NCBI GenBank assembly: GCA_963766795.1
Contig: CAVYBN010000012.1
Coordinates: forward strand, 220-64,219
DNA length: 64,000 nt
Direction of reading: 5' to 3'
Source of the DNA: Candidatus Parcubacteria bacterium
GTDB lineage: Bacteria; Patescibacteriota; Minisyncoccia; Phycocordibacterales; PALSA-1337
The translations under genes were made by a program, and so were the position numbers. The notes under the pieces are model-generated. The model was not told the DNA's origin, did no database searches, and saw nothing but the letters and a program-made list of their open reading frames with translations. Positions 35,348 to 43,503 of this stretch are shown piece after piece (positions within the stretch are counted from its first letter, which is position 1; every line of letters begins with the position of its first letter).

Positions 35348-35375
35348 AGTATATACCTTACAAAATATATGTCAA
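35348..35375 (-). promoter_or_regulatory. candidate sigma70-type promoter of the nested cassette (TTGACA-16-TATACT)
   Basis: Read on the minus strand: -35 at 35375-35370 and -10 at 35353-35348, about 35 nt upstream of the 72-aa ORF ATG. Confidence 0.4.
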
Positions 35376-35473
35376 ATAGTATGCACTAAACTACCCAGAT
35401 ACAGTATAAAGTAATTCCTTTGTCAACAAAGGCTAAAATGTAATATTTAGTTAACTGTCTTTATTAGTAAAAG

Positions 35474-36925
35474 TTAGACAAGATCTTTAATTTTACTCAA
35501 CATCTTTTCGCTCTCCCCATCCAACCTCCTCATCTCCTCCAAAATCTCCTTGGGTTCGCGCAAAACAACTTCCCCGCCTTTGTTCGGATTCTTCACTGAC
35601 AAATCGAAGGTTGTCTGATCCACGTTGGAAACGTCGATGCTCCAAGAATTTTCGGAATCCGCTTTGGTCTTTTGGAGCTTCACGAAATCGGCCAGATCGG
35701 CTTCGCTCAATGGATTGGTCTTGCCGAGGTTGCGCTTGAGATTCAATTGATAGAACCAGACCTTCTTTGTTGGACTGCCCTTTTCAAAAAACAATACGAC
35801 AGTTTTGACGCCAGCGCCGGCAAATACGCCGCCAGGAAGGTCGAGGACGGTATGCAGATTACAATTCTCAAGGAGCAACTTGCGCAAACTGACCGAGGCA
35901 TTGTCGGTATTCGAGAGAAAGGTATTCTTGATGACGATGCCCGCGCGACCGCCGGTTTTGAGGATCTTTATGAAGTGTTGCAAAAAGAGGAACGCCGTTT
36001 CGCCGGTCTTTATGGGGAAATTCTGCTGGATTTCGCGTCCGATACCGGCGCCGAAAGGCGGATTGGCCAGGATGATATCGTAACGGTCCTTTTCCTGGAT
36101 GTCGTTTATGTTCTGCGCCAGCGTGTTCATGTGCCTGATGTTCGGAGCCTCGATGCCGTGCAGGATCATGTTCATGATGCCGATGATGTATGCCAGAGAT
36201 TTAATCTCTTTCCCGTAGAATGTCTTGTTTTGAAGAGTCTCCATCTGGGCCGAAGACAGCTTGGCTTGGTTTTGAGTGAGAAAATTGTACGATTCAACCA
36301 AAAATCCGGCCGAGCCGCAGGCACCGTCATATATAGTCTCACTGATCTTCGGCGCCACTACCTTCACGATGGTCCTGATGAGCGGCCTGGGAGTGTAATA
36401 TTCCCCGCCGTTCCTGCCGGCATTGCCCATGTTCTTGATCTTGGCTTCGTATAGATGCGAAAGCTCGTGCTTCTCTTCGTACAGCCGGAAGTGCATGCCG
36501 TCCACGATGTTCAAGATCTCGCGCAGTTTATATCCGCTGGAGATCTTATTTTTCAGCTCGCTGAATATCTCTCCTATTTTATATTCGATAGTATCCGGCT
36601 CTTCGGCCTTGAATTTCTTAAGATATGGGAACAGTTTCTGATTCACGAAGTCATTCAGGTCGTCGCCGTCGAGAGCTTTATGATGGTCTATCTTACCGTC
36701 GATTGTCTTCGGCGCTGCCCAAGAATTCCACCGGTATTGCTGGTCCAGAATGTAATCATACTTCTTGCCGGCCAAGGCCGCCTCTGTCTTCTTTGTCTCA
36801 TCCAAATCATCGAGATACTTCAAAAACAAAATCCATGAAGTCTGTTCAACGTAGTCCAGCTCTGTAGCCGAGCCAGAGTCGGTGTGGAGTATCTGGTCTA
36901 TGTTTTTGAATGATTGTTCGAACAT
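35474..36925 (-). CDS. hsdM: type I R-M N6-adenine DNA methyltransferase subunit (HsdM)
   Basis: HsdM N-terminal domain (ELDYVEQTSWILFLKYLDD), EYYTPRPL, DGACGSAGFL and ILANPPFG motifs. I prefer the ATG at 36925 (MFEQSFKNID). The track start at 37006 would overlap the NYN gene. Confidence 0.9.
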   Translation of the reverse strand: MFEQSFKNIDQILHTDSGSATELDYVEQTSWILFLKYLDDLDETKKTEAALAGKKYDYILDQQYRWNSWAAPKTIDGKIDHHKALDGDDLNDFVNQKLFPYLKKFKAEEPDTIEYKIGEIFSELKNKISSGYKLREILNIVDGMHFRLYEEKHELSHLYEAKIKNMGNAGRNGGEYYTPRPLIRTIVKVVAPKISETIYDGACGSAGFLVESYNFLTQNQAKLSSAQMETLQNKTFYGKEIKSLAYIIGIMNMILHGIEAPNIRHMNTLAQNINDIQEKDRYDIILANPPFGAGIGREIQQNFPIKTGETAFLFLQHFIKILKTGGRAGIVIKNTFLSNTDNASVSLRKLLLENCNLHTVLDLPGGVFAGAGVKTVVLFFEKGSPTKKVWFYQLNLKRNLGKTNPLSEADLADFVKLQKTKADSENSWSIDVSNVDQTTFDLSVKNPNKGGEVVLREPKEILEEMRRLDGESEKMLSKIKDLV

Positions 36926-36935
36926 AAAAACTATC

Positions 36936-37454
36936 CTACCTCTTCCCCGCCCGCAATAGATATTTATTCGACGCCTCGTCCAAGTCCATGAAATGGTCGG
37001 TGGCATCGATCAGCTTGGCAGAGGTGGATTTGCCGAAGGAGACCACTTCCACCTGGCAACCTTGATTCATCTGCAGGTATTCCACCAACGGCACGAAGTC
37101 GCCGTCGCCGGTTATGAGAATGACCGCGTCGAGCTTCGGCGACAATTTGACCGCGTCGATCGCCAGCCCCACGTCCCAGTCCGCCTTCTTGGCACCCGAG
37201 CTGAAGATCTGCAGATCCTTGATCTTTGTCTCGATGCCCATCTTGACCAAGGCGTCGAAGAAGGCGCTCTCCTCGCCGGATTCCGTCTTGATGACGTACG
37301 CGATCGCGCGCACCAGCTTCCTGCCGTCGAGCGCGTCTTTGACGATTGCGCCGAAATTGACCTTCGAATGATAGAGATTCTTGCCGCTGTGATACAGATT
37401 CTGCGCGTCTATGAAGATGCCCACGCGCTGCTCCTTATGTTTGATGACTGCCAT
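36936..37454 (-). CDS. NYN/LabA-like domain protein (predicted RNase fold)
   Basis: RVGIFIDAQNLYHS...LVRAIAYV...DWDVGLAIDAV...DAVILITGDGDFVPLVEYL fits the NYN (LabA-like) pattern. Its stop lies 10 nt before the hsdM ATG. Confidence 0.75.
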   Translation of the reverse strand: MAVIKHKEQRVGIFIDAQNLYHSGKNLYHSKVNFGAIVKDALDGRKLVRAIAYVIKTESGEESAFFDALVKMGIETKIKDLQIFSSGAKKADWDVGLAIDAVKLSPKLDAVILITGDGDFVPLVEYLQMNQGCQVEVVSFGKSTSAKLIDATDHFMDLDEASNKYLLRAGKR

Positions 37455-37578
37455 GTTATTGAAAATGCACGATTATTATAAAAACGACTGATTATTAAAA
37501 GAACGGATAACTGAAAATTGACCTAATTTCTAATTACCTAATTGACCTAAGGAAATCCCAATTATTAAGCAACCTGTC

Positions 37579-37666
37579 TTGTCACCCCCGCGAAAGCGGG
37601 GGTCCAGTGTATTGCAACAGACATAATTGTTAATACACTGGATTCCCGCCTTCGCGGGAATGACAC
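37579..37666 (+). repeat. 88-bp MITE-like element, copy 5, nested inside a larger word-shuffled palindromic spacer (about 37500-37740)
   Basis: TTGTCACCCCCGCGAAAGCGGGGGTCCAGTGTATT...AATACACTGGATTCCCGCCTTCGCGGGAATGACAC, with a central CCAGTGTATT/AATACACTGG inverted repeat. The flanks carry TTAGAAATTAGGT / ACCTAATTTCTAA words in inverted orientation. Confidence 0.85.
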
Positions 37667-37736
37667 GAGTTCTAAATTAAAGATGTTTGGGATTTTATTA
37701 GAAATTAGGTTAATTAGTTCAATTAGAAATTCCCCA

Positions 37737-38003
37737 TTATTTCTTCAATTCGAGCTTCTTGAGTATCGCCGAGTATCGTCTCGGATAGTTCTTCTTCAAG
37801 TACACCAAATGAGTCTGGCGGTTGGCGACCATGCCGAGAAGGCCGCGGCGCGAATGGTTGTCTTTCTTATGCTTCTTCAAATGGCCCGTCAGCTCCTCGA
37901 TCTGGCGGCTCAAAAGAGCGATCTGGACCTCCGGCGAGCCGGTGTCTTTGTCGTGAACGCCCGTTTCCTTGATTATCTTGCTTTTCTGTCTGGCCGTAAG
38001 CAT
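37737..38003 (-). CDS. rpsO: 30S ribosomal protein S15
   Basis: 88 aa, [52 protein letters not shown]. Confidence 0.9.
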   Translation of the reverse strand: MLTARQKSKIIKETGVHDKDTGSPEVQIALLSRQIEELTGHLKKHKKDNHSRRGLLGMVANRQTHLVYLKKNYPRRYSAILKKLELKK

Positions 38004-38055
38004 GTTTTTAGGATTTGATTATAGTAGCATGAATGGGTGGTGAGTGCAATATCGG

Positions 38056-38110
38056 ATAAAAATTTAGGCCGCCAGGGATATTCAGTATTAGCTGAAGTCC
38101 TTGGCGGCCT
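38056..38110 (-). terminator. candidate intrinsic terminator of an unidentified minus-strand transcript upstream of rpsO
   Basis: A 12-bp stem with one mismatch (AGGCCGCCAAGG / CCCTGGCGGCCT on the minus strand), followed by AAATTTTTAT. Confidence 0.35.
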
Positions 38111-38736
38111 GCGGGCGATTTGGCTTGAATCCCGTTCCCGTTGTTTCCGACTTTAAGGTTTGTGCGAGCCCATTAGCCGTTTGCTTTGGCCACTACAGCC
38201 TCATGCAATCCGAGTCCCCTTTTAGGAGGAATGGGGATGTTTCCAATGGATGTACGACGGTATAGTCTCCTTTCAGCCACAATCGCAATGCTGCGGCAGA
38301 TTTCTTCTGGCGAATTTCGGGCGAGTCCATCATTCATTCATTTTCAATTAAACCCGGCATAACAATTTCTTGGATGCCGATCCCAATGGAAGTGGACTCG
38401 CGGGCCGGTGGCGGCGATCATTAGGTCAAATATTTGCCGCGCAGGCCGGGGCCGGAGGCGCCGACGAAGGGGGAATCTTGGCTCTTATTCTTCTGGCCAG
38501 CGAAGGCCACAATGATATTCGAATTCGGGGGGCTTTTGTTCATAATATATGCCTTTCTATCAAGCCGTTTGTTGTTTTAAGCTTGAGTAGTTGGGATGAC
38601 CTCCAAACCTGCGCACACGCGCGATTTTGGTGGAATCGTGATTCAAAGATCATCCCGAAAACATGCTAGCACGCTCGAATTATTTGTCAAGTACAAGAAA
38701 ATATTGCCTATTGCGAGGCTATGCTACAATAAAACC

Positions 38737-39663
38737 ATGTCGCACAATATCAAGGACTTGAAACAGCAATTCCTCGAATACACCGAGATCGAAAAAGGCC
38801 GATCGATCAAGACTGTCATCAATTATGATCATTATCTCACGCGATTCATAACCTTTTCAAAGGTCAAAAACTGTGAAGATATCACGGCTGACAGTATCCG
38901 TAATTATCGCCTGTGGCTCAACCGGCAATCTACTGGCCATGTGCGCAATGGTCCGGAGACTCTGAAGAAGAAGACACAAAACTATCATCTGATCGCTCTG
39001 CGCGCGTTCCTTAAGTACCTCGCCAAGCGCGGGATCAAATCATTATCGCCGGAGCATGTCGAGCTGGCCAAGGTCGGCGAACGGCATATCGATCTAATTT
39101 CAAGCGATGAATTGAAGCGTCTTTTCGATGCGACCAGAGGCGACGATCTCAAATCACTAAGAGATAGAGCCATTTTAGAGCTTTTATTTTCCACTGGCCT
39201 GCGCGTTTCAGAGCTATGCTCGCTGACGCGAGATACCGATTTCAATGCTGAAAGTTTTTCTATCCGCGGCAAGGGAGAGAAGATCCGCGTCGTCTTCATG
39301 TCCGACGAGGCCAGGAAGGCAGTGAAGAATTATCTGGCTAAGCGCGCGGATGTCGAGGACTCTCTGTTTGTCCGCGTTCCCGGCGTTGAAATGAAAGGTT
39401 GGCAGAAACAGCAGGCATTAACGACAAGATCAGTCGAACGCATCATCAAACATTACGCAATCAAAGCTGGCATATCCAAGAAAGTCACGCCGCACGTCAT
39501 TCGCCATTGTTTTGCCACTGACTTGCTCGGCAACGGCGCCGATTTAAGATCAGTCCAAATGCTTCTCGGCCACGCCAACATTTCCACGACTCAAATCTAT
39601 ACGCACGTCACCGACGCTGAACTCAAAAGAGTTCATAAGCAGTTTCATAATCGGAAAAGATGA
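38737..39663 (+). CDS. tyrosine recombinase, XerC/XerD family
   Basis: N-terminal SAM-like domain (FLEYTEIEKGRSIKTVINYDHYL) and a catalytic region with LLFSTGLRVSEL, HVIRHCFAT, LLGHANISTTQIYTH. I prefer the ATG at 38737. Confidence 0.85.
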   Translation: MSHNIKDLKQQFLEYTEIEKGRSIKTVINYDHYLTRFITFSKVKNCEDITADSIRNYRLWLNRQSTGHVRNGPETLKKKTQNYHLIALRAFLKYLAKRGIKSLSPEHVELAKVGERHIDLISSDELKRLFDATRGDDLKSLRDRAILELLFSTGLRVSELCSLTRDTDFNAESFSIRGKGEKIRVVFMSDEARKAVKNYLAKRADVEDSLFVRVPGVEMKGWQKQQALTTRSVERIIKHYAIKAGISKKVTPHVIRHCFATDLLGNGADLRSVQMLLGHANISTTQIYTHVTDAELKRVHKQFHNRKR

Positions 39664-39669
39664 TTTGAT

Positions 39670-39757
39670 TTGTCACCCCCGCGGAAGCGGGGGTCCAGTG
39701 TGATACCGCAAGTGTTATCTGCAATACCCTGGATTCCCGCTTTCGCGGGAATGACAA
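39670..39757 (+). repeat. 88-bp MITE-like element, copy 6
   Basis: TTGTCACCCCCGCGGAAGCGGGGGTCCAGTGTG...CCCTGGATTCCCGCTTTCGCGGGAATGACAA lies between the recombinase gene and xth. Confidence 0.85.
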
Positions 39758-39823
39758 ATAATTCCCCAGCTCTGCCGAAGCCCCTGTGTTCACTGCCTGT
39801 TATGCTGTTATACTATGTGAATC

Positions 39824-40591
39824 ATGCGAATCATCAGCTGGAACGTCAACGGTTTGCGGGCCAACGTCAAAAAAGGCGGCTTCGATTGGTTCCTGAATGA
39901 ATCCCCCGATATCTACTGCCTGCAAGAAACCAAAGCCGAAGCTGAACAGCTCGATGAAGGTGTCCGTAATCCGCCCGGCTACCATTCTTATTTCGATCAT
40001 TCTAAAGGACGCAAAGGTTACAGCGGCGTTGCCATATATTCAAAAGTTGAACCTGAAAAAGTCGAATACGGCCTAGGAATCGAAAAATATGACCAAGAAG
40101 GGCGCTTTATAGCCTTGTTTTTCAAGGAATTTGTCCTTTTGAATATTTACTTCCCCAATGGCGGTGGCGGACCTGACCGATTGAAATTCAAGCTCGAATA
40201 TTATGATGAATTTTTGTCCTATATCAATCGACTAAGAAAAAAAGGCCATGAGATCATCTTTTGTGGCGATATCAATACGGCTCATACCGAGATAGATCTG
40301 GCCAGACCAAAGGAGAATGTCGAAAATACCGGATTCTTGCCGATTGAAAGGGCTTGGATAGATAAAGTGATCCAAAATGGTTACGTCGATGTTTTCCGAC
40401 ATTTCAATCCAGGTGTCAAGGACGCCTATACCTACTGGGACATGAAAACCTTCGCTCGCGATCGCAATGTCGGATGGCGCATAGACTACTTTTTCGTGTC
40501 CAAAGGATTGCTTCCAAAAGTTGACAAAGCCAAGATCCTTGACCAAATAATGGGTTCTGACCATTGCCCTATCGAGATTGATTTGAGGTAA
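39824..40591 (+). CDS. xth: exodeoxyribonuclease III
   Basis: MRIISWNVNGLRA...CLQETK...SDHCPIEIDL. Confidence 0.9.
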   Translation: MRIISWNVNGLRANVKKGGFDWFLNESPDIYCLQETKAEAEQLDEGVRNPPGYHSYFDHSKGRKGYSGVAIYSKVEPEKVEYGLGIEKYDQEGRFIALFFKEFVLLNIYFPNGGGGPDRLKFKLEYYDEFLSYINRLRKKGHEIIFCGDINTAHTEIDLARPKENVENTGFLPIERAWIDKVIQNGYVDVFRHFNPGVKDAYTYWDMKTFARDRNVGWRIDYFFVSKGLLPKVDKAKILDQIMGSDHCPIEIDLR

Positions 40592-40972
40592 TTTGTAGGC
40601 TTTAAGTTAGGCCTATTAAGTAAAAAAGCTAACTTTATTTTGAAGTTTTTGATTAAAATCGGGCAAAAGTTAACCGCGCTTTGCGATTCCAGAAAGGGAT
40701 TCGCGGCGCGGTTATTCGAAGTTTTGCGAAACGAAATAGCTTGTGTAGTCAAAACCATTCCTCATGTCGATGTAAATCGAATGGGTGACGGTGTGCGTTC
40801 CCCAAAATAAATGGTTGAGAGAAGATGCACCGCCATTTTCCCAAGCAATGGAACGATGCTACTTAAAAATATTTCGCAAACTCCATGAGAATAGGAGCCT
40901 ACCCATAAATTGTTTAAAGAACATTGTCCCGTTCTGCGAAATTGTTTTAACGACGCGAAACTTTTTCTGTGA

Positions 40973-42511
40973 TCATTCTATGTCCTTTAAAGGACACTGT
41001 AAAGGACATACTGTGGACAACTCGGGGACAATTATGAGACAAAGTGTTTTTTCCTTATGGCACCTACTTCTTTTTCCTCTTCTTGTTCCTTGTGCTGTCT
41101 TCCCCTTTTGAGCTAATTCCATCAATTTTGCATCAGGAAAACCTGCCAATTCAAGGGCTCTTTTCTCAAGATATTCCGGTGTGTTCAGCTTCGGATCATT
41201 CAAGACTTCGTCAAAAAGCGCATGCAGAATGTTCCCGATCTTGGGGCTTGCCGGAATCTTGCAAACCTCCATGACTCTACCACCATTAATCTTGAGCATA
41301 CCAACGGAAATCGGGTCTCGGAGTGCTTCCTCGATCATGGCCTTATACTTTCTTAGCCGATAAGGGTTTTCTTTGGGCCTGCCGGTTCCTATACGGTCGC
41401 AGACGCGTAGATTCATGAGATCCCATATGTTTTCACGTCCCACGTTGACTATCATGCGCCTAACCGCCGAAAGCGTGATTGTTTCAGTGTCGGCAAAGAA
41501 CATGTGCCATCTGACCATTTTGACGACTTTCTCGACTATTTCACGTGAAAACTTCATTCTTTCGAGGATTTTTCGTGTTTCACGTGAACCTTTTAGTTCA
41601 TGATTGTAGAAAGTCGGCTGTTTTGTTTCTTGTGAAACACCTTTAGTTTCTGGCTTGGAAATATCGTGAAATAGGGCAGAAAGCCTTATTTCTAGGCTCC
41701 AACCCTTGTCAGCGGCGCCTTGAAGGCTTCGCAAGAGATGTTCCCAGACATCATAAGCGTGAGCTTGAGGCTGTTTAACGCCTATTCCGCGCTCTAATTC
41801 AGGGACTATGTGCTTCAGGATTCCAGACTCGTGCAGAAGCAAAATCCCTTTCATTGGCTTGGGGGACATGATGATCTTGGTGAATTCGTCGCGGATTCTT
41901 TCACGTGAAACATCCTTTATCAGGGAATTATGGCTCTGTATGGCCACAAAGGTATTTCTGTCGATTTTGAAGTCCAATTCAACCGCCAAGCGGATGGCGC
42001 GCATCATCCTCAAGGCATCTTCCGTGAAACGGTCAACAGGATCGCCGACAGTCTTGATAAGTTTGTCCTTTATGTCAGAAAAGCCGCCATATAAGTCAAT
42101 TATGTCTTTTATAGCTTCGTCTATAAGACTAGCCGCGATAGCATTGACCGTGAAGTCGCGTCTCTTCAAGTCATCTTCGATCTTGTCGCTGAACTTGACT
42201 AGGTCTGGATGGCGCCGATCGGAATAGGTCGATTCCAGACGATACGGAGTGACCTCGACATTCCTGACGGTTTCATCAGTCGTGGCCTCGTTGATCACCG
42301 CGACCGTGCCGTAGATGTTCTCGTAGACGGTTTTGATGAATAGCGGCTGGATCTTTTCAGGCGTGGCATTGGTGGTGATGTCCCAGTCTTTTGGCTGCCG
42401 GCCGAGCAGGAGATCGCGCACGCAGCCGCCGACCAGATAGGCCTGAAAACCGGCCTTTTCCAGGGTTTGGATGACGCTGATAACTTCATTAGGAATCACT
42501 TTTTTATTCAT
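40973..42511 (-). CDS. cca: CCA-adding tRNA nucleotidyltransferase with HD domain
   Basis: AYLVGGCVRDLLLGRQPKDWDITT...RRDFTVNA plus the HD region LFHDISKPET. The last roughly 30 residues look non-native, so the 3' end is uncertain. Confidence 0.8.
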   Translation of the reverse strand: MNKKVIPNEVISVIQTLEKAGFQAYLVGGCVRDLLLGRQPKDWDITTNATPEKIQPLFIKTVYENIYGTVAVINEATTDETVRNVEVTPYRLESTYSDRRHPDLVKFSDKIEDDLKRRDFTVNAIAASLIDEAIKDIIDLYGGFSDIKDKLIKTVGDPVDRFTEDALRMMRAIRLAVELDFKIDRNTFVAIQSHNSLIKDVSRERIRDEFTKIIMSPKPMKGILLLHESGILKHIVPELERGIGVKQPQAHAYDVWEHLLRSLQGAADKGWSLEIRLSALFHDISKPETKGVSQETKQPTFYNHELKGSRETRKILERMKFSREIVEKVVKMVRWHMFFADTETITLSAVRRMIVNVGRENIWDLMNLRVCDRIGTGRPKENPYRLRKYKAMIEEALRDPISVGMLKINGGRVMEVCKIPASPKIGNILHALFDEVLNDPKLNTPEYLEKRALELAGFPDAKLMELAQKGKTAQGTRRGKRSRCHKEKTLCLIIVPELSTVCPLQCPLKDIE

Positions 42512-42571
42512 GTTAATTACAGATTATTTCGTTTGACTTTTTATTCAAACCATGTATTATAGTTATATAAC

Positions 42572-43339
42572 TTGAAAACAAGATTAGAAGATAAATTAAA
42601 AGCTATAGAACTAAGAAAGAAAGGTCTTAGCTATAGAGAGATACAACGACAAATCCCTGTTAGCAAGGGGCTTCTTTCCAGATGGCTAGAGTATATCAAA
42701 CTTTCTCCCAAAGAGGAGGAATTTCTTAAATCCAGAATGACAGAACTAAAAGATGAGGGTCGCATAAGATCGATGTTTTCTAATCGTGCCAGAAGGATTG
42801 AGAGGGAAAAGATAGCGGAGGCTGACGCAGAATCCGTGTTTGATAAGCACATAGATGATCCGGTATTTCTAATTGGTGTCGCGCTATATTGGGCGGAAGG
42901 CGGGAGAAGATCCGGATGTTTCCAATTTGTCAATTCGGATCCTGACATGATCGCGTTCATGTATAAATGGGTACAAAGATTCGTGAACGCCTCACCTGAA
43001 GAAATACAATGCCGGCTTTATATCCACAGTGTGCCTGGCTATGAAGGTTGTGAGCTTGCGTGGTCAAAAAAGCTCTCAATAGAGCCTTCTTCTCTTCAAA
43101 AAACTATATATAAAAAGACCAGGCATGTCATTAAAAAGAATCCGGATTACCAAGGTTGCCTCCGCTTGAATATCAACAGCGTATATATACTTAGACTCAT
43201 GAAAGCTTGGCAAAAGCTTTTAATAAAGTATTATGGTGATGCACATGCGCCCGTAGCTCAAAGGATAGAGCACTTGGCTTCGAACCAAGGGGTTGGGGGT
43301 TCGAGTCCCTCCGGGCGCACAAATGACATTGAAAATTGA
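42572..43339 (+). CDS. HTH plus LAGLIDADG-like (single-motif) endonuclease-like protein; ORF reads into tRNA-Arg
   Basis: N-terminal HTH LSYREIQRQIPVSKGLLSRWL and a central LIGVALYWAEGGRRSGCFQFVNSDPDMIAFM resembling LAGLIDADG_3-type motifs. The last roughly 30 codons (..APVAQRIEHLASNQGVGGSSPSGRT..) translate the tRNA gene at 43247. Confidence 0.45.
   Translation: MKTRLEDKLKAIELRKKGLSYREIQRQIPVSKGLLSRWLEYIKLSPKEEEFLKSRMTELKDEGRIRSMFSNRARRIEREKIAEADAESVFDKHIDDPVFLIGVALYWAEGGRRSGCFQFVNSDPDMIAFMYKWVQRFVNASPEEIQCRLYIHSVPGYEGCELAWSKKLSIEPSSLQKTIYKKTRHVIKKNPDYQGCLRLNINSVYILRLMKAWQKLLIKYYGDAHAPVAQRIEHLASNQGVGGSSPSGRTNDIEN
43247..43319 (+). tRNA. tRNA-Arg (anticodon TCG)
   Basis: Folded by hand: acceptor GCGCCCG/CGGGCGC, D arm GCTC..GAGC, anticodon stem CTTGG/CCAAG with loop CTTCGAA, T arm GGGGG-TTCGAGT-CCCTC. 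No encoded CCA. Confidence 0.85.
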
Positions 43340-43429
43340 GGATTGAAAATTGAAAATTTGAACCTGATACGCTATACTCGTAGCACTTTTCAATTTTGAA
43401 TCTTCGATGTTCAATCTTGAATTGATCAT

Positions 43430-43503
43430 GCGGGTATCGTTTAGTGGTAGGACGCGTCCTTGCCAAGGACGAGGTGGGAGTTCGATTCTCCCTACCCGCA
43501 CCA
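43430..43503 (+). tRNA. tRNA-Gly (anticodon GCC), CCA encoded
   Basis: Acceptor GCGGGTA/TACCCGC, anticodon stem CGTCC/GGACG with loop TTGCCAA, T arm GGGAG-TTCGATT-CTCCC, 3' ACCA. Confidence 0.9.

Noticed and set aside
38040-38400. RNase P RNA candidate: AAACCCGGCATAA resembles the CR-V ACAGAACCCGGCUUA, and GAAGTCC resembles the CR-I GAAAGUCC.
   Set aside because: The two segments cannot form the P4 helix when paired by hand. The GAAGTCC segment is already consumed by a local 12-bp hairpin. A covariance-model scan is still needed.
40592-40972. ORFs 40785..41111 (+) and 40486..40758 (-) in the xth-cca spacer, and the hairpin AACCGCGC...GCGCGGTT at about 40668-40718.
   Set aside because: The ORFs have implausible composition and overlap the cca 3' end. 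The hairpin is probably a terminator or REP-like structure, and I could not link it to any known RNA family.
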